From Perkinsus olseni (taxonomy: Eukaryota), in the NCBI GenBank assembly GCA_013115125.1, contig JABANN010000025.1, positions 1 through 64,000 of the forward strand: a stretch of 64,000 nt of DNA, given 5' to 3'. The notes beneath the pieces are model-generated. The model was given only the letters and a program-made list of their open reading frames with translations. It had not been told where the DNA came from and made no database searches. Shown piece after piece: positions 63,007 to 64,000 of this stretch; within the stretch, counting starts at the first letter, position 1; every line of letters begins with the position of its first letter. A program made the position numbers and the translations under genes.

Positions 63007-64000
63007 GTTACCGCCCCTGTATCGCTGCCTACCGCCCCCTCGCGTCAGGCTGTGGGGACGGCCGAGTCGTTATTCTCTCCAACGGGCTCGAGCTCCCTCC
63101 CCGGCATCTTCGGGGCCACCAGCAGCAACGGCAGCCAGACTACGAATAGTGACAGTAATACAACTGAAGGGAAGTCCGCTGAGCAGGCTGGGACGGGCCA
63201 GTCGCCCAGCTCCCCCCCGCCACCACCTCCGCCCGAGGTGGGAGCATCGGATAGGACCGGGAGTGATGAGAAGTCCTCCGTGCACTCCGAAGGGGCCGAG
63301 CGCAACCCTTCGCTGGAGCGTCCAGTTTCGACAGCGGCCGAGTCGGTTTTAGTGGCGTTGCGGTCGGTGGTGGACAGTGGCGGTGAATCTGCGAAAGAGA
63401 AGGGCGGCAACAATGCCGCAGGGGAGGGTCAAACCGAGGCCGCCGATGTGGCCTTGGCGGAAGGGGAGCCTCCCAGTGGGCCTCCGCGGTATGTGTCCTC
63501 CCATCGGACTCCGAAGGCCATCAGCGCCAACTCTAATCCGTTCGGAGCAGTCGCCTCGCGGGCTGGAGAGCGCACGGCTCGAGCAGGGGTCACATCCCCG
63601 AGGTACGTCAAACCGTTCCCGCCTGGCATGCACGCCGACAGCGGCGACGATGGTAGTAAGGATGGACAGCGTGGCACGGAGGCTGAGGGGCAGGAGCCGA
63701 TGGCAGCGCCGCCCCAGAGTGGCAGTAGGAGTGTGCACTCCTCGCAACGACATGTACCCGAGCCAGTGAAGGCGTCCTCTGATCCCTTCGGCAGCGTGCC
63801 TCGGCCTAGAACGGAATCAGGGTCCCTGGGCAGCCCAGGTGTCACCTCCCCTCGCTACGTGAACCCCTTCCCGGAAGCCATGCATAAGCCTCTGGGTTCA
63901 CCGAGGTCGGGCGTGGTGATGCCCCCCTCCTTCCACCAGGAGGCGGACTTCCCTCCGCGCCAGGCGCTGGACGCTAAGGCTCTCTTTTCCGAGGATGATT
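63007..64000 (+). CDS. Partial large exon of a disordered Pro/Ser-rich protein with NPF/DPF motifs (runs off the window)
   Basis: A stop-free frame AVGTAESLFSPTG...SNPFG...GVTSPRYVKPFPP...SDPFG...GVTSPRYVNPFPE...ALFSEDD continues to the window end. Confidence 0.6.

Noticed and set aside
1-64000. Relic spliced-leader sequence (CCGTAGCCAT..GGCTCAAG) marking retrocopies
   Set aside because: I saw no convincing match by eye on either strand, including upstream of the intronless zinc-finger copy.

Overview
This is eukaryotic, intron-rich genomic DNA. Genes are densely packed and split by many short GT-AG introns, mostly about 40-120 nt, so the ORF track shows only exon fragments. Gene content (mitochondrial HslV, AP-4, SPAG1, PG-rich flagellar repeats, TAF7) and intron style suggest an alveolate, most likely a Perkinsus species; that assignment is inference. 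I spliced all gene models by hand, so exon boundaries and some start/stop positions are approximate. Recognisable genes, in order: ODF3/STPG-like, APRT, a cysteine dioxygenase-PLP decarboxylase (CDO-CSAD/GAD) fusion, ubiquilin/Dsk2, SRP19, a PITH-domain protein, HslV, eIF2A with a C-terminal GYF domain and polyQ, a cytochrome b5-like MAPR protein, AP-4 epsilon, TAF7, a four-copy tandem array of an unknown coiled-coil gene, SPAG1-like, two HGGG-repeat (WRKY19-like) zinc-finger paralogs, a START-domain protein, two CCCH proteins and a partial NPF/DPF-motif protein. The best candidate for a new system is the single CDO+CSAD polypeptide (9.6-13.9 kb), which would carry out both steps from cysteine to hypotaurine. 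Other leads are the eIF2A-GYF fusion, a Tc1/mariner-type HTH fused in frame to array copy 1, and recurrent tRNA-like fragments inside introns.
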